A stretch of DNA of 64,000 nt from Minisyncoccota bacterium. GTDB taxonomy: Bacteria; Patescibacteriota; Minisyncoccia; Phycocordibacterales; CAIZLB01. The position numbers and the translations under genes are program-made. The notes beneath the pieces are model-generated. The model was given only the letters and a program-made list of their open reading frames with translations, ran no database searches and had not been told where the DNA came from. Every line of letters begins with the position of its first letter. Within the stretch, counting starts at the first letter, position 1. Below are positions 39,234 through 49,001 of this stretch, piece by piece. The stretch lies in NCBI GenBank assembly GCA_021734945.1, contig JAIPIA010000001.1:180415-244414 (forward strand), in the 5' to 3' direction.

Positions 39234-39526
39234 TTACTCCCCCTTCCCAATCCCAAAATGCACGACATCTATTCGTGCACCGTCTTTTACACGAGCACCT
39301 TTAAAGAGACCATCTTGTGAGAAACCTACTTTGATCAGGACTTTTTGCATAGGGATATTTGCTTCTTCTACCTCAGCCCCGATGTATTCGATATCGAGGG
39401 TGTTACATGCATATTGAATTACTCCCTCTATTACTTCTGAAGCAACACCTTTACCCCAGAAGTTTTTGTCACCGAGTACTATGCCTATTTGTGCATTTTT
39501 ATGATGCGTATTTATTTCAAATAATA
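39234..39526 (-). pseudogene. Remnant (C-terminal about 95 aa) of a RimJ/RimL-type GNAT acetyltransferase
   Basis: Minus-strand translation gives '...NAQIGIVLGDKNFWGKGVASEVIEGVIQYACNTLDIEYIGAEVEEANIPMQKVLIKVGFSQDGLFKGARVKDGARIDVVHFGIGKGE*'. This is a classic GNAT C-terminal half with no ATG and no N-terminal half. An upstream in-frame stop lies at 39527-39529. Confidence 0.5.
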
Positions 39527-39530
39527 ATTA

Positions 39531-40058
39531 CTAAATTTTATTTAAAAAACTTTCGCTCATTTCATTCACTCTCTTCATAATACGGTCGCCAACCAAACCC
39601 CAGTCGAAGTACTGCTTATATTCACTTGAATCAATTAGTTTAATTTCTTGAATTTCCCCATCAGGATCTGCTTCGAAGGTTCCATATGGTTCCACAATAC
39701 AAAAAGACCTTACTTGTCGAACAGTACGAGCGAGCTCATATATGTCTTGAAATCCTATGAGTTCCTGATGCAATACTTTCATATTAGTCTCCTCCTTGAC
39801 CTCGCGTATGATAGCTTCCTCATAACTCTCTTCGTCATCGATTCCACCACCTGCAGGCATCCAACCATGTTTTGGGTGATGTACGAGTATCAATTTACCA
39901 TGTGTTTCCGGGTTACTGCTTTTCAGGATGCAAAATGCGTGTACACCTTGGAGAATTTTACCTTCGAGATTTTCACGTGGACTATTAACATTTCCTTCCT
40001 GATATTCTACACGTACAGACTCTCCTGTGATTTTTACAAATGTAGTTGTTAGGTTCAT
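39531..40058 (-). CDS. NUDIX hydrolase
   Basis: Nudix box 'GGGIDDEESYEEAIIREVKEETNMKV'. Confidence 0.8.
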   Translation of the reverse strand: MNLTTTFVKITGESVRVEYQEGNVNSPRENLEGKILQGVHAFCILKSSNPETHGKLILVHHPKHGWMPAGGGIDDEESYEEAIIREVKEETNMKVLHQELIGFQDIYELARTVRQVRSFCIVEPYGTFEADPDGEIQEIKLIDSSEYKQYFDWGLVGDRIMKRVNEMSESFLNKI

Positions 40059-40088
40059 TGCACTTTCAAAATATTTAAATTTGTAAAT

Positions 40089-40958
40089 CTAACTTTTTAT
40101 CCTCCCTAACTCAATCACCTCCTGTCTCAATCCCTCTGCTAACTGTTCATATGTACTGTGTGTCTCTAAGTAATGAGCCTTGCCTATATTTACAACAATA
40201 GACCCTCGTTTGAATTTCATAAAGTTGCCTTCTTTGATACTAATGTGCATTGGGAGTACTTTTGTGTGGTTTGAAAGTGCTAGTGCTGAGACACCTCGCT
40301 TAAACAGTGCCACATCTGTGCCTCTGTTTAGTCTTCCCTCAGGAAACATTGCAACCACACCTTTGTTTTTGAGAATATTTTTTGCTCGCTTCAGGTTTTT
40401 ATTTAGGCCCAATCCTTGCTCAACAACAAATACTCCAAAAAGACTGTATACAAAATGTATTATACCGGTTTTTTTAACGAGTGACATGAACTTGTCAGTG
40501 AATTTGATGACGGCCATAAATCGCATTGGAAGAAGTGGAGAAAACAATCCTACTATTATTCTATATAAAAAGCTGTCATAAAATCGATTGTGATTTGAAA
40601 CCATAATCAAAGGACCTTTTAGCTTCTTGAGATTTTCACGTCCGTGATACTCTATTTTGAAAAGTGAATTGTACAGTGGCCAGAAGATGAACCATGAAAA
40701 GAACTGAGTAGTTCCAGAGTAGAATTTTATAAGTGAACATCTGAGGTTGTATGCCTTTTTTGAAATAAGTTTGTATATTTTATATAGTGCGCTTGATACC
40801 TGATGTGAACCTGCATTCTGTGTAGGCTTACCTGTTTGTCTAACATACTGATTTGTACTTTTGTCCAAAAAAAGAGCGACTCCATTAGAGTCGCGACTGA
40901 TCAAGTCCGTTTTAGAATTTTCGATTATAGGGTTACTTCTTGTGGCAGTCTGATTCAT
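40089..40958 (-). CDS. Lysophospholipid / glycerol-phosphate acyltransferase (PlsC-like)
   Basis: 'NHNRFYD' (HX4D) and 'FPEGRLNRG'. An N-terminal TM helix. Confidence 0.6.
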   Translation of the reverse strand: MNQTATRSNPIIENSKTDLISRDSNGVALFLDKSTNQYVRQTGKPTQNAGSHQVSSALYKIYKLISKKAYNLRCSLIKFYSGTTQFFSWFIFWPLYNSLFKIEYHGRENLKKLKGPLIMVSNHNRFYDSFLYRIIVGLFSPLLPMRFMAVIKFTDKFMSLVKKTGIIHFVYSLFGVFVVEQGLGLNKNLKRAKNILKNKGVVAMFPEGRLNRGTDVALFKRGVSALALSNHTKVLPMHISIKEGNFMKFKRGSIVVNIGKAHYLETHSTYEQLAEGLRQEVIELGRIKS

Positions 40959-41056
40959 CTTCTTTTTTAGTATTTAAACTATATAACATATTTAGATTAT
41001 TTGCAAGTCTGATTAATATATTCTATATAAGACTATGATAAGGGTAATTTTATGAA

Positions 41057-41533
41057 CTAGTATCTCCTACCTGTCATTCCATATACTACCACCATTGGTA
41101 TGAAGACAGATACAAAATATCCTAAAGAACTACTGAAGAAATTTTGAAATTGTGCCCCGAGATTGTATATATCTCGATATGGCAATATATGAAAACAAAG
41201 TGCTAATGTAAGTATTACGACAGATGCTGACAAAAAAAGAGCATCTAGAAATCCTACAATACCAGAACGTGTTCCGCTAGAGTGTACTATTCGTCTAGCT
41301 ATAAGAAATGAAAGTATAAAGAAAATACCAAATATAATTGCGTGAGAATAGAAGATGTGTTCGCCACTGTCTTTGAAAAGGATAAATTTAGCCTTATATG
41401 GAAATGACGCATATAAAATTGCTGCAGGATAAAAACTAACTATTAGTGAAAACAGAGTGCTCTTTCCTTTGTAGAATGAAAGAGCAGTAAGAATTGCAAT
41501 AACAACTATTAATGTGATATTGAAGGAAATCAT
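41057..41533 (-). CDS. Polytopic membrane protein (CvpA-like size/topology, hypothetical)
   Basis: 4-5 TM helices. No motif. Confidence 0.35.
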   Translation of the reverse strand: MISFNITLIVVIAILTALSFYKGKSTLFSLIVSFYPAAILYASFPYKAKFILFKDSGEHIFYSHAIIFGIFFILSFLIARRIVHSSGTRSGIVGFLDALFLSASVVILTLALCFHILPYRDIYNLGAQFQNFFSSSLGYFVSVFIPMVVVYGMTGRRY

Positions 41534-41631
41534 ATGACAAGTATAACAGTAATACTTAAAAGCGCGGCGGGTTTTTAAGTGCGCAGGTGTGGAAAAATAG
41601 CTTTCAGTGAAAGTAAAACTATTTAAGGAAA

Positions 41632-42843
41632 TTAAATTCCCTCCTCTTTGAGTTCTTCTATAAGTTTACGGGCTGCTTTAGAAATTTTTGATGGAATATT
41701 TATATGGATATGTACCATCAAGTCACCACGTCGTGTCGAGCTGTCTCGTGATGTAGCTGGATTACTTGAACCAGTACCGTGTGGTACACCCTTTCCTTTT
41801 ACTCGCAAAATTTCACCATGAGTGATTCCTTGTGGAATAGATATAGTTATAGGTCCATCAAGTGTCTCTAGTGTTGATTCTCCTCCAAGTAATGAATCAG
41901 TAAGCTTAATTGTGTGGTCCATTGCAAGATTCAAACCCTCTTTTCGCATATTTGAATCTTTTGTTTTTTCATTACTTACATGACGCACATGGACTCGTAT
42001 ATATAGATCACCTGTTGTACCTCCGGTTACTGCTTCGCCCTTTCCTGTTACTCGCAACATTTCGCCTGATTCAATACCGGATGGAATAATAACTGTAATC
42101 GTATCTTTTTTGTGCTGGATTCCTTTCCCCTTACATACTGAACATTTTGTTTTTGGAATTTTCCCAGTACCTGCGCAGTCGTCACAAATCCGAGCAGATT
42201 GAAATGCTCCAAACATACTTCTTCGAGTCTCTATTACCTGGCCTTTTCCATCACATGTTTTACAACTTTCAAATTCATTCGCAGATGCTGTTGCTCCACT
42301 TGTTCCAGATTTTGGTTCTGCGCGTGTTCCTTTACAGTGATCACATTCACCAGTTCTGTGGAGTGAAAATTCTTTCTCAGCTCCAAAGATTGAGTCCATA
42401 AATGAAATTTCTATGTCAACTGAAATGTCAGAACCTTTTGGAGTTTTTGCACGTCCACCTCCACGCGAACCGCCTCTTCCTCCACCACCAAACACACTTC
42501 CAAAAATATCACCAAGATCAAACTCAACTCCATCACCACCACCGAAGCCTCCGCTGAAGCCACTAAAATCAAAACCTCCAAAGCCTTGTCCTTGTCCTCC
42601 ACTCGCTCCGCCGTACCCTCCCCCAAATCCTGCAGGACCATCACTTCCAAACTGATCGTACTGAGCCTTCTTGCTATCATCAGATAATACCGAATACGCC
42701 TCGTTCACTTCCTTGAACTGTTTGTCATCGCCTCCTGTTTTGTCTGGGTGATGCTCGTGTGCCATTTTACGAAATGCCTTTTTGATTTCGTCTTTGGATG
42801 CACCTTTCTCAACTCCTAGAATTTTATAATAGTCTTTTGACAT
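41632..42843 (-). CDS. dnaJ: Chaperone DnaJ
   Basis: J-domain 'DYYKILGV...HPDK', a G/F-rich linker, and four CxxCxGxG zinc-finger repeats. Confidence 0.9.
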   Translation of the reverse strand: MSKDYYKILGVEKGASKDEIKKAFRKMAHEHHPDKTGGDDKQFKEVNEAYSVLSDDSKKAQYDQFGSDGPAGFGGGYGGASGGQGQGFGGFDFSGFSGGFGGGDGVEFDLGDIFGSVFGGGGRGGSRGGGRAKTPKGSDISVDIEISFMDSIFGAEKEFSLHRTGECDHCKGTRAEPKSGTSGATASANEFESCKTCDGKGQVIETRRSMFGAFQSARICDDCAGTGKIPKTKCSVCKGKGIQHKKDTITVIIPSGIESGEMLRVTGKGEAVTGGTTGDLYIRVHVRHVSNEKTKDSNMRKEGLNLAMDHTIKLTDSLLGGESTLETLDGPITISIPQGITHGEILRVKGKGVPHGTGSSNPATSRDSSTRRGDLMVHIHINIPSKISKAARKLIEELKEEGI

Positions 42844-42924
42844 AATTATTTGATGGTTTTTTGAATTTAATTTATTTTACGAATTTAATCGCATACGCCG
42901 CTCATATTGTTTTTGCGTAGTGAG

Positions 42925-42968
42925 CCGAGCGCTTGTTGTATATTTCAACTTAAAGCGCTCGAGCACTA
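42925..42968. promoter_or_regulatory. Long imperfect inverted repeat in the dnaK-dnaJ spacer
   Basis: TAGTGAGCCGAGCGCTT-N18-AAGCGCTCGAGCACTAA, with a perfect 8-bp core GAGCGCTT/AAGCGCTC. Not followed by a T-run on either strand. Confidence 0.35.
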
Positions 42969-43100
42969 AACAAATAATATTGTAGAGTTACGGAGGATTA
43001 AAACCCGCCGTGTATACCTCAAGTATCTAACGTGTATCCAGTATGTATCCTACTAGTATCCATTAGATATTTGAGACACACTCTATTTTTACTAGTCTCC

Positions 43101-45024
43101 TTACTTAGTCTCAGCATCTCGAACCTTCTCGTCACCTTCTGGTTTTGCTTCAGTATCAGCTCCGGCTCCGTTTGCGTCAGTTGAACCTGCTGCCCCTTCT
43201 GAACCTGCTTGCGCGCCAGCCTTACTCATAGCTTCACCAATCTTAGACATTTCAGTTGAAAGTTCTTCTGTGGCTTTTTTGATAGCTTCGATATCAGCTG
43301 GAGATGCATCTCGTGCAGTTTTAGCACTTGCGATCTTAGATTCAACTTCAGTGATAATAGCTGCATCAACTTTATCCTTATTATCCTTAACTGCTTTTTC
43401 AGCGCTGTAGATAATATGATCAGCTGTGTTTTTCACCTCAATCTCGTCTTTCTTTTTCTTGTCATCAGCATCATGAGTTTCAGCGTCCTTTTTCATTTTC
43501 TCAATATCTTCTTTTGAAAGACCTGAACTAGCTTCTATGCGGATAGACTGTTCTTTTCCAGTAGCTTTGTCTTTAGCTTTTACACTAAGGATACCGTTAG
43601 CATCCACATCGAATGTTACTTCAACTTGTGGCATACCTCGTGGAGCTGGTGGAATTCCATCAAGAATAAATCGTCCAAGTGATTTGTTGTCAGCAGCCAT
43701 TGCTCGTTCACCTTGTGAAATGTGAATTTCTACAGATGTCTGGTTGTCAGCGGCTGTTGAGAATACCTGTGACTTTGATGACGGGATAGTTGTATTTTTT
43801 TCAATAAGTTTTGTTGCTACTCCACCCATTGTTTCGATACCGAGTGAAAGTGGAATAACATCGAGAAGTAGAATACCTTTTACATCTCCTGAGATAACAC
43901 CTCCCTGGATAGCCGCACCGAGTGCTACTACTTCATCAGGGTTGATACTTTGGTTTGGTTCCTTACCGAAGAAATCTTTAACAGCCTTCTGAATCTTTGG
44001 CATTCGAGTCTGACCTCCAACGAGAATTACTTCGTTGATTTCGCCAACCTTGAATGGTGAAGCTTCAATAGCTCGCTTTGTGATTTGCATTGCTCGTTCG
44101 ATGAATTCATCTGCAATTTCATCAAGCTTAGATCGAGTAAGTTTCATTACAAGGTGTTTTGGTCCGTCAGCTCCTGATGTAATGAATGGAATATTTATCT
44201 CTGTTTCAATAGAAGTTGAAAGCTCGATCTTTGCTTTTTCAGCTGCTTCATCAAGTCTTTGTATAGCTAGAGCATCACCACGAACATCAATTCCTTGATC
44301 TTTCTTGAATTCGTCAGCAATCCAGTTTAGAACTTTATAGTCAATGTCACGTCCTCCGAGCCTGTGGTCTCCGTCTGTAGACTTAACTTCTACAACATCA
44401 TCACCTACTTCAAGAATTGAGATATCGAATGTTCCTCCTCCGAAGTCGAATACCGCAACTTTCTCATCTTTCTTCTTGTTGAATCCGTATGCGAGTGCTG
44501 CTGCTGTCGGTTCGTTGATAATTCGTTTTACATCAAGACCTGCAATTTTACCTGCGTCTTTTGTAGCTTGTCGCTGTGCATCGTTGAAGTACGCAGGAAC
44601 TGTAATGATTGCTTCTGTTACTTTCTCACCAAGCTTCGCTTCAGCGTCATTCTTGAGCTTTGTAAGAATCATTGCTGAAACTTCCTCAGGAGAATATTCT
44701 TTGTCAGCAATTTTGATTTTTACACCACCATTGTCTGCTTTTGCAATTTCGTATGCAACAGTTTTCTTGTCTGCTTGTACACCTGCTTCGTCATATGTAT
44801 GTCCTATAAATCGTTTGATTCCGTAGACTGTGTTTTTTGGATTTGTAACAGACTGTCGCTTCGCGAGAAGTCCGACAAGTCGTTCGTTGTTTTTTGAGAT
44901 TGCAACAATAGAAGGGGTTGTTCGTGCGCCCTCTACGTTTTCGAGGATTTTTGGATCACCCGCTTCCATGATTGCTACTGCTGAGTTTGTTGTACCGAGG
45001 TCGATACCGATTATTTTTGCCATA
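43101..45024 (-). CDS. dnaK: Chaperone DnaK (Hsp70)
   Basis: '[14 protein letters not shown]', 'DLGGGTFD' and '[11 protein letters not shown]'. The start is '[10 protein letters not shown]' at about 45024. The ORF-track N-extension is unlikely. Confidence 0.95.
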
Positions 45025-45249
45025 TGATTTTGCGAAATCATGCCGCGCAACCGTCCGCTTGGCGCGGCTTTGCAGCTTGATTTCTTAAGTTAGTTAATTT
45101 TCTAATAGTCTTTTAATAGAGATAATAATTTGTGGAATTCTTTGCTGAATTCTTGTAAATAGAATCGAAAATCTGTCGAGGATTTTATGCTGACTTTTTT
45201 GGATACGAATAAATACAGCCTCTAAAGGGTGTGCTTTTATTTGAGCAAT

Positions 45250-45723
45250 TTAGATAGTGGCTGGTGCTCGAGTTTTTTGTACTGAAAGAAAAATGTCTTT
45301 TGTTGGAAAATATGGAGATACAGTCGGTTTGAATGCAACCTTTTGAGTGACTGGTTTTTCGTCCGCAGTAGATCCTGCAAGAAGCAATACATCAGAATTG
45401 ATAGTTTGATCAACCGGTGTTGTAGAGCCTGAAAGTGCTAATACTGTAGTTTGAGTATTTGAACTTGTTGCATTGTCAGTCGGAGTGCTTGTAAAAGCAG
45501 TATAGATCGCCTGTGCTTCCTCTGTACTAATCTCTCGCTGAGCTAGAATTTTTAAAGATGAATCAGGTGAGAAAGAACCTAAAGTTGTGAATGCACTAAA
45601 AAGACCCTTCTTGACCCGAGTAACTTGAGCTAAAAGTACGAAATAAGAATTACCAACCTGTTTGAGGAGGATCAGGCTTTTGCCATGTACTTTATGAGCT
45701 AATATTTTATCTGTAGTAATCAT
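45250..45723 (-). CDS. Hypothetical protein inserted between grpE and dnaK
   Basis: 157 aa with an S/T-rich middle. No motif. Confidence 0.35.
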   Translation of the reverse strand: MITTDKILAHKVHGKSLILLKQVGNSYFVLLAQVTRVKKGLFSAFTTLGSFSPDSSLKILAQREISTEEAQAIYTAFTSTPTDNATSSNTQTTVLALSGSTTPVDQTINSDVLLLAGSTADEKPVTQKVAFKPTVSPYFPTKDIFLSVQKTRAPATI

Positions 45724-45791
45724 GAGGTTAAGTTAGTACTATTTTATTCATTTAGACCCCCTTTGGCAAGTCCTCAAAAATATGGCTTAAA

Positions 45792-46415
45792 CTAGGCTTC
45801 GTATACTTGAACCATAGCAGCCCGTACAACCTTACCAGAGAGCATATAACCCTTCTGAAGCACATCAGCTACTGTGTGGTCTTGTGACTTGTCATCTGTT
45901 GGAACCATTGAAACTGATTGGTGGAGGTTTGGATCGAATGAATCTCCTTTTGCCCCGAAGGCGCTTACACCTTGTTTAGTTAAAGCTCCGAGAAGTTGAT
46001 TATAAATACCTTCAACCCCCTTTCTCCATTCAGCTGAAATAGTATCCCAAGAAGCTTTGTTTGCCATCGCCATGTCGAAACTGTCGAGAACTGGAAGTAT
46101 GTCTTCTATCACATTGAGCTTCGCAAATTTAAGAAAATCTTGCTTTGCTTCCTCATCTCTCTTTCGAGCATTCATGAACTCAGCTTTGTCTCTCTGCCAT
46201 CCGTCAAGATAAGCTTGCTTCTCATCTACTGCAGTCTTGAGCTTTTCTCTCAACTTCTTTACAACTTGATTGTCACCAAGTTCGGCGTCTTCGTCGAATA
46301 TGATATCATCGACATCTAAGTTAGAGCTTGTATCAGAAGCTTTGTTCTGGGGTGAATTTTCTAATTCTTCAACCTGCTCTTCAATTTCTTTGTTTTTGTT
46401 TAGTTCGTCTGTCAT
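45792..46415 (-). CDS. grpE: Nucleotide exchange factor GrpE
   Basis: 'AEFMNARKRDEEAKQDFLKFAKLNVIEDILPVLDSFDMA' coiled-coil plus GrpE head. Confidence 0.85.
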   Translation of the reverse strand: MTDELNKNKEIEEQVEELENSPQNKASDTSSNLDVDDIIFDEDAELGDNQVVKKLREKLKTAVDEKQAYLDGWQRDKAEFMNARKRDEEAKQDFLKFAKLNVIEDILPVLDSFDMAMANKASWDTISAEWRKGVEGIYNQLLGALTKQGVSAFGAKGDSFDPNLHQSVSMVPTDDKSQDHTVADVLQKGYMLSGKVVRAAMVQVYEA

Positions 46416-46559
46416 AGTGCGGATATTTTAATCGATATTGATGCGCTGTGCAACTAGTTAAAGATAATCTTTTTCTAAGGGTTGATATAACAGTATAGAA
46501 CGGTATTACTGAATTTTTAATGAAGATTGTATAAAGAAAAAACCCACATTTCTGTGAGT

Positions 46560-46771
46560 TGTTTCTTAAATATTTGATTATCGCTTTGGTCCGCGTACAG
46601 TCTGTCTCGATTCTCTCGACAACGACTGTTGCTCTTGCGAGCACCCGAAGTAAACGATAAATTGTTATCGTTTACGTCACGAATATTTTGCTCACCGTCG
46701 CTCACAAAATTTCTCGACCCCGCCTCACGTGTCTCGTCTGCTGACTCGACATCATTCCGGCCGTCAAAACG
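46560..46771 (-). other. GC-rich, hairpin-rich non-coding element upstream of grpE (candidate structured RNA or regulatory region)
   Basis: About 50% GC in a roughly 33% GC genome. Perfect 11-bp inverted repeat GTAAACGATAA-ATTG-TTATCGTTTAC. Only short overlapping ORFs with no protein-like features. Confidence 0.25.
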
Positions 46772-46798
46772 TAACGAAAAAGCCGGCGCAGGCCGGCT
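46772..46798 (-). terminator. Rho-independent terminator after rpsI
   Basis: Minus-strand stem AAGCCGGC-CTGC-GCCGGCTT followed by TTTTCGTTACGTTTT. Confidence 0.7.
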
Positions 46799-46804
46799 TG
46801 TTTC

Positions 46805-47209
46805 TTATCGTTTTGACCACTGTGGGGCTTTTCGAGCTTTCTTGAGACCGAACTTTCGTCGCTCTTTAGCACGCTGATCTCGTGTGAGAAGTCCTGCTGA
46901 TTTGAGAACTGGTCGAAGGTGACCATCGTATTTTTCAATAGCTCGTGCAAGACCATGACTTAGTGCTTGAGCTTGTGAACTGATACCTCCACCAATAAGT
47001 TTAACTGTGATAGCAAACTTCTGTTCAATACCAGATTTTGAGATAGCCTCAAGAGCTGTAACCTGAAGGTTGAGAGTCTTGAAATATTCAGTAAGTTCTT
47101 TCTCGTTAATTGTGATTGACTGCTTTGCAGCTGGAGTAACTCGAACTCGCGCTGTAGAAGTTTTTCGTCGGCCGACTGTTTCGATGTATTTTTTTGAATC
47201 TGTTGTCAT
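46805..47209 (-). CDS. rpsI: 30S ribosomal protein S9
   Basis: C-terminal '...RKFGLKKARKAPQWSKR' is canonical S9. Confidence 0.9.
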   Translation of the reverse strand: MTTDSKKYIETVGRRKTSTARVRVTPAAKQSITINEKELTEYFKTLNLQVTALEAISKSGIEQKFAITVKLIGGGISSQAQALSHGLARAIEKYDGHLRPVLKSAGLLTRDQRAKERRKFGLKKARKAPQWSKR

Positions 47210-47223
47210 TGTTGTATTAATAT

Positions 47224-47571
47224 TTATTCTGTTACAGAAAGATTAAGAAGACGCTTTGTCTTAAGCTTGTTATCAGGAAGCATTCCTTTTACTGCTCGAA
47301 TAAAAGTTTCTGAAATACCTTTTCGTGCGATTAGGTCTTTCATGATCTCGTTCTTCTGACCTCCTGGGTGACCAGAGTATGTGAGGTAGAATTTTGTATC
47401 TTTTTTCTTTGATGAAATGTCAGCTTTAGAAGCGTTGATGATTTCAACTTTTACATCAGGAACGATGTTTCGTGCAAATTCAGGTGTGTCTTTGCCGATA
47501 AGAATAGCAGCTGCTTCTGTAGCTACTCGTCCTAGTTTTTTGTTTTGTGCGTCGATTACGTGCTTTTTCAT
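47224..47571 (-). CDS. rplM: 50S ribosomal protein L13 (short form)
   Basis: 'KLGRVATEAAAILIGKDTPEF...VKVEIINASK' matches the L13 core. Directly upstream of rpsI. Confidence 0.8.
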   Translation of the reverse strand: MKKHVIDAQNKKLGRVATEAAAILIGKDTPEFARNIVPDVKVEIINASKADISSKKKDTKFYLTYSGHPGGQKNEIMKDLIARKGISETFIRAVKGMLPDNKLKTKRLLNLSVTE

Positions 47572-47603
47572 GTTGGTAGTATTAATGTTTCGATTATATA
47601 TAT

Positions 47604-47954
47604 TTATACAAGCTCGATAACAGCCATTTTACTGCCATCTGAAGGTCGTCGTTCTAGTTTAATGATTCGTGTGTATCCACCATTTCTATCTTTGTATTGT
47701 GGTGCAACTATGTCAACAAGTTTTTTTACAATAACATTGTTAGCAAGTCGAGCGGCAACAAGACGTCGTGCTGAAAGATCACCAACTCGCGCGATAGTGA
47801 TGAGTTCTTCTGCGTATGGTCGTACTTCTTTAGCCTTAGCCTCAGTAGTTGTGATTCGTCCATGTAGGAAGAGTTCACGTGCGAGTGAACGAAGAAGAGC
47901 AGCTCTCTGATCTGTATTTCGTCCGAATTTTCTGTTTGCGTTATGGTGTCTCAT
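47604..47954 (-). CDS. rplQ: 50S ribosomal protein L17
   Basis: 'MRHHNANRKFGRNTDQRAALLRSLA...GRITTTEAKAKEVRPYAEELIT'. Confidence 0.9.
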   Translation of the reverse strand: MRHHNANRKFGRNTDQRAALLRSLARELFLHGRITTTEAKAKEVRPYAEELITIARVGDLSARRLVAARLANNVIVKKLVDIVAPQYKDRNGGYTRIIKLERRPSDGSKMAVIELV

Positions 47955-47993
47955 GATGTTTATACGTTGTTGCCTTGTAGGTTCTCTACAATA

Positions 47994-48965
47994 CTATGAT
48001 TTTAATGATAAGCCAAGCCCCTCAAGAACTGTCTTGATTTCGTCGAGTCCTTTTGAACCTAGTCCTTCGAGGTCAAGAATATCCTTTTCCTTCTTTCGAA
48101 TAAGTCCACCTACTGTTCGAATGTTGGCATTCACAAGAGCATTTACAGTTCGCTGTGAAAGATCAACTGATTCGATTCGTGTTTTAAGGACATCATCAAG
48201 AGCTTCTTTATTTTCAGCTGATTCTTCAGCAGAAGGAGCGTGACTTGAAGTGATAGTCATTTCAGGTTCTGAGTCTTTGAAACCAATGATAGCCTTAAGC
48301 TGAGTGATCATTATTTCAATAGACTTTTCGAGAGCTTCACGAGGTGTGATTGTTCCGTCTGTCTTTATGTAAAACTTGAGTTTGTTGAAGTCAGTCCGAT
48401 CTCCTACTCGCATTTGTTCTACATCGTAGTTAGCAAGAACGATTGGTGAGAAAGCTGCATCCATAGCGATAGCTCCGATTTCAACTCGGTCTTTCTGAAG
48501 AGCTTCTTTTGCAACGAAACCAATTCCCTTTTCAATCTTGATTTCCATGTCGATCTCTGTGTCCTTTCCTGTAATAGAAAGAATTGAAGCATCTGTATTT
48601 GAAATTGTTACCTGACCTGGAAGCTTGATGTCAGCGGCAGTTACATCTTTAATACCTTTAACTTTAAGGTTAACTGTCTGAGCCTCGTCACCAATGATAT
48701 TAAATCGAACTTTTTTGAGGTTAAGAATGATGTTAATTACATCTTCTTTTACACCTTCAATAGTAGAAAATTCATGGTTTACACCTTCAATCTTGATACT
48801 TGTGATAGCTGCACCAGGAAGTGATGAGAGTACAATTCGTCGAAGTGAGTTACCGAGAGTGTGACCGTATCCAGGGTAAAGACCGTCGATTTCATAGTGA
48901 CCGTAATTAGCAGATTCTTCAACTGCTCGTGGTTTTGATGGAAGTACAATGTTTATCTCAGACAT
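47994..48965 (-). CDS. rpoA: DNA-directed RNA polymerase alpha subunit
   Basis: N-terminal dimerisation domain 'PLERGYGHTLGNSLRR' and a C-terminal alphaCTD HhH domain. Confidence 0.9.
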   Translation of the reverse strand: MSEINIVLPSKPRAVEESANYGHYEIDGLYPGYGHTLGNSLRRIVLSSLPGAAITSIKIEGVNHEFSTIEGVKEDVINIILNLKKVRFNIIGDEAQTVNLKVKGIKDVTAADIKLPGQVTISNTDASILSITGKDTEIDMEIKIEKGIGFVAKEALQKDRVEIGAIAMDAAFSPIVLANYDVEQMRVGDRTDFNKLKFYIKTDGTITPREALEKSIEIMITQLKAIIGFKDSEPEMTITSSHAPSAEESAENKEALDDVLKTRIESVDLSQRTVNALVNANIRTVGGLIRKKEKDILDLEGLGSKGLDEIKTVLEGLGLSLKS

Positions 48966-49001
48966 GGTTGTAAAGTTAAATTTATAAGATATTTTATAAT
49001 A

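Noticed and set aside
45020-45050. Extended DnaK N-terminus 'MRGMISQNH' from the ORF track
   Set aside because: The canonical Hsp70 start '[10 protein letters not shown]' is 10 codons downstream. The extension would run through the start-proximal hairpin.
42844-46800. Search for the canonical CIRCE element (TTAGCACTC-N9-GAGTGCTAA) and hrcA near grpE-dnaK-dnaJ
   Set aside because: No match within 2 mismatches on either strand. Only the distinct IR at 42925-42968 was found. No HrcA-like ORF is in the window.
46381-46956. Short ORFs (62-87 aa) within the GC-rich element upstream of grpE
   Set aside because: They overlap one another in different frames and run across the rpsI terminator hairpin. 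Their residue composition is not protein-like. GC-rich non-coding DNA in an AT-rich genome yields such spurious ORFs.
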